From an uncultured Chloroflexia bacterium (lineage in GTDB: Bacteria; Chloroflexota; Limnocylindria; QHBO01), in assembly GCA_963759405.1 (NCBI GenBank), contig CAVWZA010000010.1:128422-192421 (forward strand): DNA of 64,000 bases. The letters run 5' to 3'. Under the pieces are notes generated by a model. That model did no database searches and was not told the DNA's origin. It saw nothing but the letters and a program-made list of their open reading frames with translations. The first letter of the stretch is position 1. Each line of letters begins with the position of its first letter. Positions 53,833-63,023 of the stretch are shown here, one piece after another. The translations under genes and the position numbers were made by a program.

Positions 53833-56123
53833 ATGGCCGCCACCCTCCTGGCCCTCTCGCTCCTTGCCTGGCCGGCGGCGACAACGCCCGCCGCGGCAAC
53901 TGACCTCGATTGGTCGAAGGCGGTACCCTCCCCGGCCCGCGGCGGCGGCCTCAAGGACCCCGGTCCGGGAGATGCGGCGCCCGCCGAACCCACCGGTCGC
54001 CTGATCGTTCGCTTCCGCGCGGGCACCTCGACCGCCGCTCGTGACCAGGCTCGCAGCGAGGCCGGCTTGACCTACGTCGCGGACGTTGCCCTGCCGAACG
54101 CCGAGCTGGCCGAGCCTGCCGCCGGCGGGCTGCAGCAGGCGATGGTGCGTCTCGATGCCGACGCGGCGGTCGAGCTCGTCGAGCCCGAGTATCGGCGCAC
54201 GCTCCAGGGCGGGCCGACGAGCGAGGAGCTCTTCGATCAGCAATGGTCGCTCCACAACACCGGTCAGGTGATCGAGACCTTCGCCGGGGCTCCGGACGTC
54301 GACATGAACGTCCCCGAGGCGTGGGAGATCACCACCGGCGACACGGACCTCGTGGTGGCCGTGCTGGATGACGGTGTCGACGGCTCCCATCCCGATCTCG
54401 CCGGCCGGCTGTGGGTGAACCCGGGTGAGACCCCGTCCAACGGCATCGACGACGATGCCAACGGCTATGTCGACGACGTCAACGGCTGGGACTTCTGCAA
54501 CGACGACAACACAGTCCACGAAGGGATCCGATGACGCACGGAACGCATGTCTGCGGGCTCGATAGCCGCGAATGCCAATGGCATCGGTATCGTCGGCGTG
54601 GCGCCCTCGATCCGGATCATGGCGGTGAAGGTCTTCGACGACGGCGCGACGTGCGGGACCGATCAGCAGGCGATCGATGCGATCGCATACGCCGCAGCCA
54701 ATGGTGCGCTGATCATCAACGCCTCGTGGGGCGATCCCGCGGCAAGCGAGTCGCTCGGCGACGCGATCGAGGCGATACCGGACGTGCTCGTCGTCGCCGC
54801 AGCCGGCAATGGGGGGATCGATGGCGTCGGCGACGACAATGACGAGATCCCCTTCTATCCGGCCTCCTACGACCTGCCGAACATCCTCTCGGTGGCGGCG
54901 GTCCACAACGAGGGCCGCCTGTCGACCTTCACCAACTTCGGCGCGACCAGCGTCGACCTCTCAGCGCCCTGGCGAGGACGTGCTGAGCGCTGTGCCCGGC
55001 GTGATCGTTCGCTTATGGGAGCGGCACGTCGATGGCCGCAGCCAACACGAGCGGGGTCGCCGCCCTCGCGGCCTCGGCGTGGCCATCGCTCGCTTGGCGA
55101 CGCACCGGCGCTTCGCGAGCACCTGATCGCCACCGCGAAGGCCCTCCCGAGCACGCTCGGATGGGTTGCCTCCCGCGCCTCGTCGACGCGCGGGCCGCCG
55201 TCGTCGACCGGCCGGACATTCGCCGGCTCTCGGGTGCGAATCGGTTCGCGACCGCTGCGGCGATCAGCGAGGCGACGTTCGTGCCATTCGTGCCTTACCT
55301 GTTCATCGCGACGGGGATGGGCTTCCCGGATGCCCTGGCCGGCGGCGCGGTAGCGGCCCAGACCGGAACTCCGCTGCTCCTCGTGCAGCAGAACGCCATC
55401 CCGGCGGCCGACGCTTGGCCGAGATCGAGCGGCTGCAACCTTTGGAGATCTTCGTCCTCGGCGGCACCGGCGTGGTGTCGAACGGCGGTCCTCGGTCAGC
55501 TCGACGCGCTCAGCTTCGACGGTGCTTTCCGCATCGCTGGAGCGAACCGCTACGCGACGGCCGCGGCCGTTTCGCAGGGCTTCATGCCGGGCGTGCCGAA
55601 TGTCTTCATCGCCACCGGCCTCAGCTTCCCCGATGCGCTGGCCGGCGTTCCGGCCAGCGGTGTGCTCGGAGGGCCGCTGCTGCTGACCGCGACGACCTCG
55701 CTGCCGAACGAGACGAAGCTCGAGCTGCAGCGCCTCAACCCCGCTCGCGTCGTCATCCTCGGCGGTACGGGCGTCGTGTCGAACAGCGTGGCCAGCCAGA
55801 TCGGGACCGCGGCCGGTGCGCCGGTGGTGCGCTGGGCCGGCGCCAACCGCTTCGCCACCGCTGCCACCGTCTCGACCAACAGCTTCGGGTCCCGCGCGCA
55901 GACGGCGTTCGTGGCCAACGGCCTGAGCTTCCCGGACGCGCTGGCCGGCGGTCCGTCGGGCGGTGCGTTCGGCGGACCCATGCTGTTGACCCAATCGACC
56001 AGCCTCCCGCCGGCGACGGCAGCCGAGCTGATGGTGCGGAATCCGGCGAGGATCTACGTGCTCGGTGGGACCGCGGTGGTGTCGGCCTCGGTGGCCAACC
56101 AGATCGACGAGCTGTTCCCGTAA
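53833..56123 (+). CDS. Secreted S8 (subtilisin-like) serine protease fused to three cell-wall-binding-repeat-2 (CWB2) modules; about eight frame breaks between 54525 and 55490
   Basis: Signal MAATLLALSLLAWPAATTPAAA. Catalytic triad: D in VVAVLDDGVD, H in HGTHV, S in GSGTSMAAANTSG. Three repeats of ...GANR(F/Y)ATAA...FIATG..FPDALAG......PLLL....LP.....L......V.LGGT.VVS. Confidence 0.85.
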
Positions 56124-56194
56124 GGCTCGGCCCTGGCGCTCGCCAGTGAGGGCGTCGCCGTTGGGTGGCAGTTCGGCATTGCTACACTCCGCCG

Positions 56195-57043
56195 ATGCCT
56201 GAGAACGTCGTACGGTCCTTCGATGCACCCGACGAAACGCGCGACTTCGAGAAGGGCGTGCTTGAGCTCATCAAGGTCGGGCCACTCACGTTCGGACTCG
56301 AGACCCTCGAGCCGGGCTGGCGATGGTCTGAGCACGTCAAGCCCCTGGCCGGCACCGAGCTCTGCGAGTTCCATCACGTCGGGTACCAGGTCAGCGGGCG
56401 CTGGGCATGCGAGGACCGTGACGGCAAGCTGATCGAGATCGGGCCGGGCGACATCTTTGACACGCCCCCCGGCCACGATGCCTGGGTTATCGGCGACGAG
56501 CCATGCGTCACGCTGGACTTCCAGGGGATCGCCGATTGGGCGATGCGCCAAACCGCGGCTCGCGTCCTGACGACGGTGCTGTTCGCCGATATCGTCGGAT
56601 CAACGCAGCTCGTGGAGCAGATCGGTGACAGGGCATGGCAGCGACTCCTTGCGCAATATCGCGAGAACGTCGGGCTGGTCCTCTCGGAGATGGGGGGCAC
56701 CCTCGTCGACACTGCCGGCGACGGGATCCTGGCGCGCTTCGACAGCCCGCTTGCGGCGGTGCGCGCGGCGATCGGGATCGGCGAGGTTGCCGACCGCCTG
56801 GGGATCCAGACGCGCGCCGGGGTCCACACCGGAGAGGTGGAGCTCTCGGCCGAGGCGTTGACCGGCCTTGCCGTCCACATCGGTGCCAGGGTCCTGGCCG
56901 AGGCCGGACCGGGGGAGGTCGTCGTGACGGCCACGACGCACGACCTGACCGCGGACGCCGGCATCAGCTACGACTCGCGGGGATCGGTGGAGCTGCGCGG
57001 CGTCAGCGGGCCCCGCCAGCTGTACGCCGTCCGGCCGCGCTGA
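56195..57043 (+). CDS. Cupin-domain / class III adenylate-guanylate cyclase fusion protein
   Basis: Cupin part: HHVGYQVSGRWACEDRDGKLIEIGPGDIFDTPPGHDAWV. Cyclase part: TVLFADIVGSTQL...DTAGDGILARF...RAGVHTGEV...GLAVHIGARV. Confidence 0.8.
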   Translation: MPENVVRSFDAPDETRDFEKGVLELIKVGPLTFGLETLEPGWRWSEHVKPLAGTELCEFHHVGYQVSGRWACEDRDGKLIEIGPGDIFDTPPGHDAWVIGDEPCVTLDFQGIADWAMRQTAARVLTTVLFADIVGSTQLVEQIGDRAWQRLLAQYRENVGLVLSEMGGTLVDTAGDGILARFDSPLAAVRAAIGIGEVADRLGIQTRAGVHTGEVELSAEALTGLAVHIGARVLAEAGPGEVVVTATTHDLTADAGISYDSRGSVELRGVSGPRQLYAVRPR

Positions 57044-57065
57044 CATCGGTGACGCGGGCCGGCAC

Positions 57066-57476
57066 ATGAGCCATGTGCTCGCGGACCCGGTCCGGCAGTT
57101 TGCCGCGGGGCTTCCGGGCGCCTGGGAGGACCACCCGTGGGGCGAGACGGTCTACAAGGTCGGCAAGAAGGTGTTCGTCTTCCTCGGCATCCCTGACCCG
57201 GGCTCCGAGCTGCGCTGCACCGTGAAGCTTCGCGATTCGCACGAGGAGGCGATGGCCTTCGAGTGGGTCATTCCCGCCGCCTACGGCCTGGCCCGCGGCG
57301 GCTGGGTCTCGTGCACCGTCCCGGACGACGCGCCGCTCGAGATGATCACCGGCTGGATCGAGGAGAGCTACCGGCTCGTCGCGCCCAAGAAGCTCGTGCG
57401 CAGCTCCTGGACCGGTAGGCGGACGCAGCCAGCCGCGGAACCGATGGGCGAGCCGGGGCGTCAAGAGGGGTGCTGA
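57066..57476 (+). CDS. MmcQ/YjbR-family protein
   Basis: GAWEDHPWGETVYKVGKKVFVFLG...WIEESYRLVAPKKL. Confidence 0.75.
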   Translation: MSHVLADPVRQFAAGLPGAWEDHPWGETVYKVGKKVFVFLGIPDPGSELRCTVKLRDSHEEAMAFEWVIPAAYGLARGGWVSCTVPDDAPLEMITGWIEESYRLVAPKKLVRSSWTGRRTQPAAEPMGEPGRQEGC

Positions 57477-57518
57477 TCAGCATCGACTCCAACGCCCTGT
57501 ACCCAAGGAGGACGGTCG

Positions 57519-58579
57519 ATGCGACGTCCCTGGCTCCCGCTCCTGGCGGCATCCGCCGCCCTGCTCATCACCGCTGCGCCGACGCTGGCCTGCGGCGGTC
57601 TCATCGGCCCGAACGGGGCCGTCAACCTGCTCCGCACGACCACGTTCGCCGGCTACCACGACGGCGTCGAGCATTACGTCACCTCGTTCGAGTTCGCCGG
57701 TGGCGGCGGCTCGTTCGGCAGCATCACCCCGCTGCCCGGCATCCCGACCGACGTGGTGCGCGGCGGCGACTGGACGCTCCAGCGCCTGATCCGCGAGACC
57801 GATCCCGGTCCCAGAGTTCGCGCTTGCTGCTGCCTCCGCCGGTGCTCGTGACGAAGCGGAGGTCCTCTTCGAGACGACGATCGACGCGCTCGACATCACC
57901 ATCCTGCGCGGTGGCGGCGACGAGGTTGGCCTGTGGGCAAAGAACCACGGCTTCCGCCTGCCGCCCGACTCACCCGAGGTGCTCGACTTCTACGCCGACC
58001 GCAGCCCGATCTTCATGGCGGCGGCCTTCGACGCCGACGCGGCCGCCGAGCGTGGCCAGGCGATCGGCGACGGAACCCCGGTCCACCTCACCATCCCGAC
58101 CGACAACCCGTGGGTTCCGCTGCGGATCCTGGGGCTCGGCAAGGCCGCCGGCGAGCTGGTCGAGGCCGACGTCTACCTGCTGACCGACATCCGGCCCGCG
58201 CTGCTGCCGAAGGCCGGCGCCTTCATCGAGGGCGACGGGCTCATCCTCGACCACAGCGCCGCCGCGACGGACCTGCTGCTGAGCGACCTGCGCTCGGACG
58301 TCGGGCATGGAATGGGTCCCGCAGGAAGCGTGGCTGACCAAGGTCGTCGTCGCATCCGATGCGGGCGATCTCGACTTCGACCTCGCGATCGACGCATCGG
58401 GCGCCGGAAAGCCCTCGGCAATCGACGCCGGCTACGCGCCCTTCGGCAGCCGCCCGGCACCGCGATCTCCGGTTCCGGCGGTCCTCCTGATCGCCGCGAC
58501 GGGGGCGATCGGCGTGCCGGTCCTGTTGAGCCGGACGGGCCGCCGCGACCCGCGGACGCCACCCCTCGCCGGCGCATGA
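57519..58579 (+). CDS. DUF2330-family secreted/membrane protein; frame breaks near 57803 and 58305
   Basis: Signal plus ACGGLIGPNG start, which is typical of DUF2330. ...FYADRSPIFMAAAFDAD...PWVPLRILGLG. C-terminal TM is VPAVLLIAATGAIGVPVLL. Confidence 0.7.
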
Positions 58580-58983
58580 GGCACATTCGTCGATCGTGGC
58601 CGATGGCCGCGGCACTGCTCCTCGCGGTGACCGCGGTCGCCGGCTGCGCCCCGCAGGGCCAGGCGGTCACGATCACGATCCACTACTCGGCGTTCGACCC
58701 GACACGCCTGACGGTGCCGGCCGACGTGCCGATCACGTTCGTGCTCGTCAACGAGGACCCGATCGACCACGAGTGGCTGATCGGCGACGAGGCCTTCCAC
58801 GAAGCGCATCGCACCGGCACGCACGCCAGCCACGACACGGTGCCGACCGAGGTCACCGTGCCGGCGCTCGAGACGGTCGAGACGACGATCACCTTCGATG
58901 AGCCGGGCACGCTGACCTACATCTGCCACCTGCCCGGGCACGAGGCGTACGGGATGGTCGGAACGCTGACCATCGGCGGTTGA
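58576..58983 (+). CDS. Cupredoxin (plastocyanin/azurin-like) lipoprotein
   Basis: Lipobox VTAVAGC. Type-1 copper ligand pattern ...H...YICHLPGHEAYGM. ATGA overlap with the DUF2330 gene. Confidence 0.75.
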   Translation: MRHIRRSWPMAAALLLAVTAVAGCAPQGQAVTITIHYSAFDPTRLTVPADVPITFVLVNEDPIDHEWLIGDEAFHEAHRTGTHASHDTVPTEVTVPALETVETTITFDEPGTLTYICHLPGHEAYGMVGTLTIGG

Positions 58984-58998
58984 CGCGCTCCCTATCCT

Positions 58999-59233
58999 TT
59001 GCTCGTGCTGCACCCGAACCCGCCGAGGCTGGTCACCGTCGTCATCGCGCTGGCGCTGATCGCTGGTGGGGCTCTCGGCGACGGTCTTTCCGCTCGACTT
59101 CGTCAACCAGGCGCTCGACATCGTCCAGTCGACGATCGGCACCGACATCGAGGTGACCACCGAGATTGCCTGGCTCTTCCTCTTTGCCGGTGACGCGCTG
59201 CTCATCGTCGGCTCGCTCCTGCCCGGGATCTGA
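58999..59233 (+). CDS. Small two-TM membrane protein, paralogue 1; frameshift near 59075
   Basis: PPRLVTVVIALALIAGGALG / TVFPLDFVNQALDIVQSTIGTDIEVTTEIAWLFLFAGDALLIVGSLLPGI. Confidence 0.4.
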
Positions 59234-59237
59234 CGCG

Positions 59238-59435
59238 ATGGGTGGACGGATGAACTTCGCCCCGAGGATGCCCACGATCATCGTGGCGCTGGCGCTCGTG
59301 CTGATCGGCCTGCTGGGAACGTTCGTCGGGATCCTTCCAGCCATCGCGGGCATGAGCTCCGAGACGATCGGCGCCTGGTCGTTCGTCGTCGGCGCCATCG
59401 TTCTCGTGGCCGGGATGATCTTCGAGGGAATCTAG
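59238..59435 (+). CDS. Small two-TM membrane protein, paralogue 2
   Basis: MGGRMNFAPRMPTIIVALALVLIGLLGTFVGILPAIAGMSSETIGAWSFVVGAIVLVAGMIFEGI. Same architecture and ...GI C-terminus as the preceding ORF. Confidence 0.45.
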   Translation: MGGRMNFAPRMPTIIVALALVLIGLLGTFVGILPAIAGMSSETIGAWSFVVGAIVLVAGMIFEGI

Positions 59436-60242
59436 GCCGCGGCCTCGGGCGCGCCAAGGATGATCGGCAGCACGTTTCCGAAGAAGTAGCCGGCAATCCC
59501 GGCCACGGCGCCAACGGCCAGGATCTCGAAGCCGGATGCCCACCAGGACCGATGCGTCCATCGGCTCTTGACGACGCCGATGCCGAACAGGACGGCCAGG
59601 GTCGCCGCCACCGAGATCAGGACCGCGAGCTCGTTTTCGAGGAACACGTGCGGCAGGATCGGTGGGATGGTGCCGAGCCCGAAGGCCGCGCCCATGATGA
59701 GCGCCCCTTGAAGCGGCGAACCGCCGCCCTCCTCGACGGCGAGCCCGAGCTCCTTTTCGACCATGGTCTTGAGCAGCACGTCCGGATGCTTGGCCATGAT
59801 GCCGCGCCACTTCGAGCGCCTGTTCGTGCGGGAGGCCGTCCTCCTCGAACATGTAGGCCACCTCGGCCTCGGCCTCGCCGGGACGCTCGTGGACCTCGTC
59901 GCGCTCCTCCACGATCTGGGCGTCGAAGATCTCGCGCTGGCTCTTGCTGCCGATGTACTCGCCGGCAGCCATGCTGAAGATTCCGGCCAGCCCCGACGCG
60001 ATGCCCGCCACCAGCACCGGATAGCGGTCCGACGTCGCGCCGGCGACGGTGCTCACCACCGCCAGCGTGCTGACCAGACCGTCCTGCGCGCCGAAGATCG
60101 CCTCGCGAATCTCGCCCAGCAGACCTGACTTGCGGCGCTCGTCGGTGAGGTGCGTGGCCAGGAAGTCGTGGTCGAACTCGCTGGCCTGCATCGTCGCCCG
60201 AGCGGCCTCATCGGCCATCAGCTCGGCGGTGCGTTCCTCCAT
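59432..60242 (-). CDS. VIT1/CCC1-family iron/manganese transporter; frameshift near 59800
   Basis: IREAIFGAQDGLVSTLAVVSTVAGA, AGEYIGSKSQRE. The C-terminal TM bundle is in ORF 59432..59797. Confidence 0.8.
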
Positions 60243-60333
60243 GAACCGATGCTAGCCGAGCCGCGTACTCGTGGTGCGGAACGATCGCCCGGCGCCCGAC
60301 GACCGGCGAGCGGCGAGGTGCCGCCGGCCTGAG

Positions 60334-61305
60334 TCAGTGCCGGGCGAGGAGCTCGATGAGGACCGCTTCCTGGACGTAGCGCCGGTTCTCGGCCTGCTCG
60401 AGCGCGAGCGACCGCGGCCCGTCAAGGACGGACGCCGAGATCTCCTCGCCCCGGTGGGCCGGCATGCAGTGCAGGGCCACCACGTGCGGCGCCGCGTGCG
60501 CGAGGAGCGCCTCGTCGACGCAGAATCCGGCGAAGCGCGCGCGCCGCTCGTCGGCCTCCGCCTCGCGGCCCATGCTGGTCCACACGTCGGTGTAAACGGC
60601 GTCGGCGCCGGTGGCGGCCTCGATCGGATCCGTCCCGATGCCAACGCGGCCGCGATGCTTCGCGGCGAGCATGCGCGCTCGCTCGATGACGGCAGGGTCC
60701 GGCTCATAGCCCGGCGGCGTCGCGATCCGGACGTCGAGCCCCGCCAGCGCGGCCGCCAGCATGAGCGAGTGGGCGACATTGTTGCCGTCGCCGACGAAGG
60801 CGAGCGACAGCCCGTGCAGCCGGCCGAATCGCCGTCGGAGCGTGAGGAGGTCGGCCAGTGCCTGGCACGGATGCTCCGCATCGGTCAACGCATTCACCAC
60901 CGGGACCGATGCGGCAGCGGCCATCTCGGTCAGGGTGTCGTGCGCGAACGTGCGCAGCACGATGGCGTCGACCAGCCGCGAGAGGTTGCGCGCCACGTCT
61001 GCGGCGCCCTCGCGACGGCCGAGGCCGACCTCGTCCGGGCCCAGCGCGATGGCGTCGCCCCCGAGGCTGGTGACCGCCACTTCGAAGCTGACCCGCGTGC
61101 GCAGGCTCGGCTTCTCGAACAGGAGCGCGACCTGGCGCCCCTCGAGCGGGCGGGCCGGGGCGACGGCGTGTCGCGCGGTGCGCAGCAGCTCGGCGCGGTC
61201 GAGCAGACGGACCAGGCCAAGGGCTTCGAGGTCCTCCGCGCCAAGCAGATGCCGTGGCGGCGGCGGCGAACGATGCGTCGCCGCCGTCCGCATGGCAGTC
61301 GTCAT
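60334..61305 (-). CDS. argF: Ornithine carbamoyltransferase
   Basis: LLFEKPSLRTRVSFE, HPCQALADLLT, VGDGNNVAHSL, HCMPAHRGEE. Reads intact. Confidence 0.9.
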   Translation of the reverse strand: MTTAMRTAATHRSPPPPRHLLGAEDLEALGLVRLLDRAELLRTARHAVAPARPLEGRQVALLFEKPSLRTRVSFEVAVTSLGGDAIALGPDEVGLGRREGAADVARNLSRLVDAIVLRTFAHDTLTEMAAAASVPVVNALTDAEHPCQALADLLTLRRRFGRLHGLSLAFVGDGNNVAHSLMLAAALAGLDVRIATPPGYEPDPAVIERARMLAAKHRGRVGIGTDPIEAATGADAVYTDVWTSMGREAEADERRARFAGFCVDEALLAHAAPHVVALHCMPAHRGEEISASVLDGPRSLALEQAENRRYVQEAVLIELLARH

Positions 61306-62508
61306 GCCGTGCCCCGCGCGTCGGTGAGTGCGGCGCGGAGTCGCTCGATCGCAACGTCCACCTCGTCGGCGCTGATCGTCAGCGGCGGCACCAGCCTGAT
61401 GGTCGTCTCGCCGGTGGCGTTGATCAGCATGCCCGTGCCGATCGCGGGCCGCCGCCATCGCCTCGCGGGCGAGCGGCCCGGCCGTCTCGAGGCCGATCAT
61501 CAGGCCGCGACCGCGCACCTCGGACAGGACACCATCCTCGACCAGGCTCGCGAGGCCGTCGCGCAGCTGGGCGCCACGCGCGCGGGCGTTGGCCATGAGG
61601 TCCTCGTCGTCGATGACGCGCAGCGTGGCAAGGGCGGCCGCGCACGAGACGGGGTTGCCGCCCAGCGTCGTCCCGTGATCGCCGGCCCGGAACGCGGCGG
61701 CCGCCTCTCGGACGAGCAGCGCGCCGATCGGGATCCCGCCGGCCAGGCCCTTGGCCAGGGTGACGGCATCGGGCACGATCGGCGTCTGCTCGAAGGCGAA
61801 GAAGGTGCCGGTACGACCGATCCCGGTCTGCACCTCGTCGAGGATCAGGAGGGCACCGACGCGATCGCAGGCGGCACGCGCCGCGACGAGGTACTCGTCG
61901 CTCAGCGGATGGATGCCGCCCTCGCCCATGATCGGCTCCAGCAGGACGGCGCAGGTCGCATCGGTCACCGTTTCGGTGAGCTCGTCGACGTCGTTCGGCG
62001 TCACGTGGTGGAAGCCCGGCGGCAGCGGGGCGAACGGGGCCTGGTACTTCGGCTGCCCGGTCGCCGCCAGCGAGCCGAACGTTCGACCGTGGAACGAGCC
62101 GGTCAGGGTCACGAACTCGTGCGCGCCGCGCTCGCCGCCGTGGCGTCGCGCCAGCTTGAGCGCCGCCTCGTTGGCCTCCGTGCCCGAGTTGGTGAAGAAG
62201 ACGCGGTCGAACGGCGAGCGCGCGACGAGCGCCTCTGCCAGCTCGAGCTGGGGGAGCGTGTAGTAGAGGTTCGAGACCTGGACGAGCGTCGCCGCCTGGC
62301 GCGCGACCGCCTCCGTGATGGCCGGGTGCGCGTGGCCGAGCACGTCGACGGCGATCCCGGCCACCAGGTCGAGGTATTCGCGGCCGGCGTCGTCGGTCAC
62401 CCAGCAGCCGTGGCCGCTCACCAGCGTCAGCGGCTGGCGCGCGTACGTCTGGAGGTGGACCCGCGCCTCGCGCGCCGGCGCCTCGGACGAGGTCCGCACG
62501 CTGCTCAC
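61302..62508 (-). CDS. argD: Acetylornithine aminotransferase; frameshift near 61445
   Basis: FFTNSGTEANEAALKLAR, ILDEVQTGIGRTGTFFAFE, TLAKGLAGGIPIGA. The tail LINATGETTIRLVPPLTIS is in the other frame. Confidence 0.9.
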
Positions 62509-63023
62509 AGCTGCAGCTCCATGGCGTGGCCCGCGCCGCTGCGAGCCGGCCACGGGACCCGATCGGCGTGCAGGACGTCGGGCACCTCGCCCATTGCCAG
62601 CTCGACGAAGCCGTGCCGTGCGAAGTAGCCCGGGTTGCGAGTGATCGCGAAGAGGCGGGTGATGGCGCGCTTGCGAGCCTCGCGCACCACGGCATGCACG
62701 AGCGACTCGCCCAGGCCGCGGCCGTGCGCCTCGGCCACCACGCTCAGGGAGCGCAGCTCGCCGAGCCCTCCGCCGAAGTCGCGCAGCGAGGCGCAGCCGA
62801 CGACCTCGCCGTTGAGGTCGCCGACCCACCAGCTGGCGATGTCGTCGAGGATCTCCTCGCGGGTCCGCGGCAGCAGCACGCGCTGCGAGACGTAGGTGCC
62901 GATCACCTCCAGGATGCGGTCGACGTCGGCGGTGCGCGCGCGCCGAACGTACGACGAGTCGGCGGTGAGCGCCGCGATCGTGCCGGCCATGCGCAGGCCG
63001 CCTGGCGGCTTGTTGCCGGTCAT
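62505..63023 (-). CDS. argA: Short-form GNAT N-acetylglutamate synthase (mycobacterial ArgA-like)
   Basis: VRRARTADVDRILEVI...LGELRSLSVVAEAHGRGLGESLV...FARHGF resembles the ~170-aa Rv2747-type ArgA as I recall it. The gene is embedded in the arg operon with 4-nt overlaps on both sides. Confidence 0.7.
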   Translation of the reverse strand: MTGNKPPGGLRMAGTIAALTADSSYVRRARTADVDRILEVIGTYVSQRVLLPRTREEILDDIASWWVGDLNGEVVGCASLRDFGGGLGELRSLSVVAEAHGRGLGESLVHAVVREARKRAITRLFAITRNPGYFARHGFVELAMGEVPDVLHADRVPWPARSGAGHAMELQL

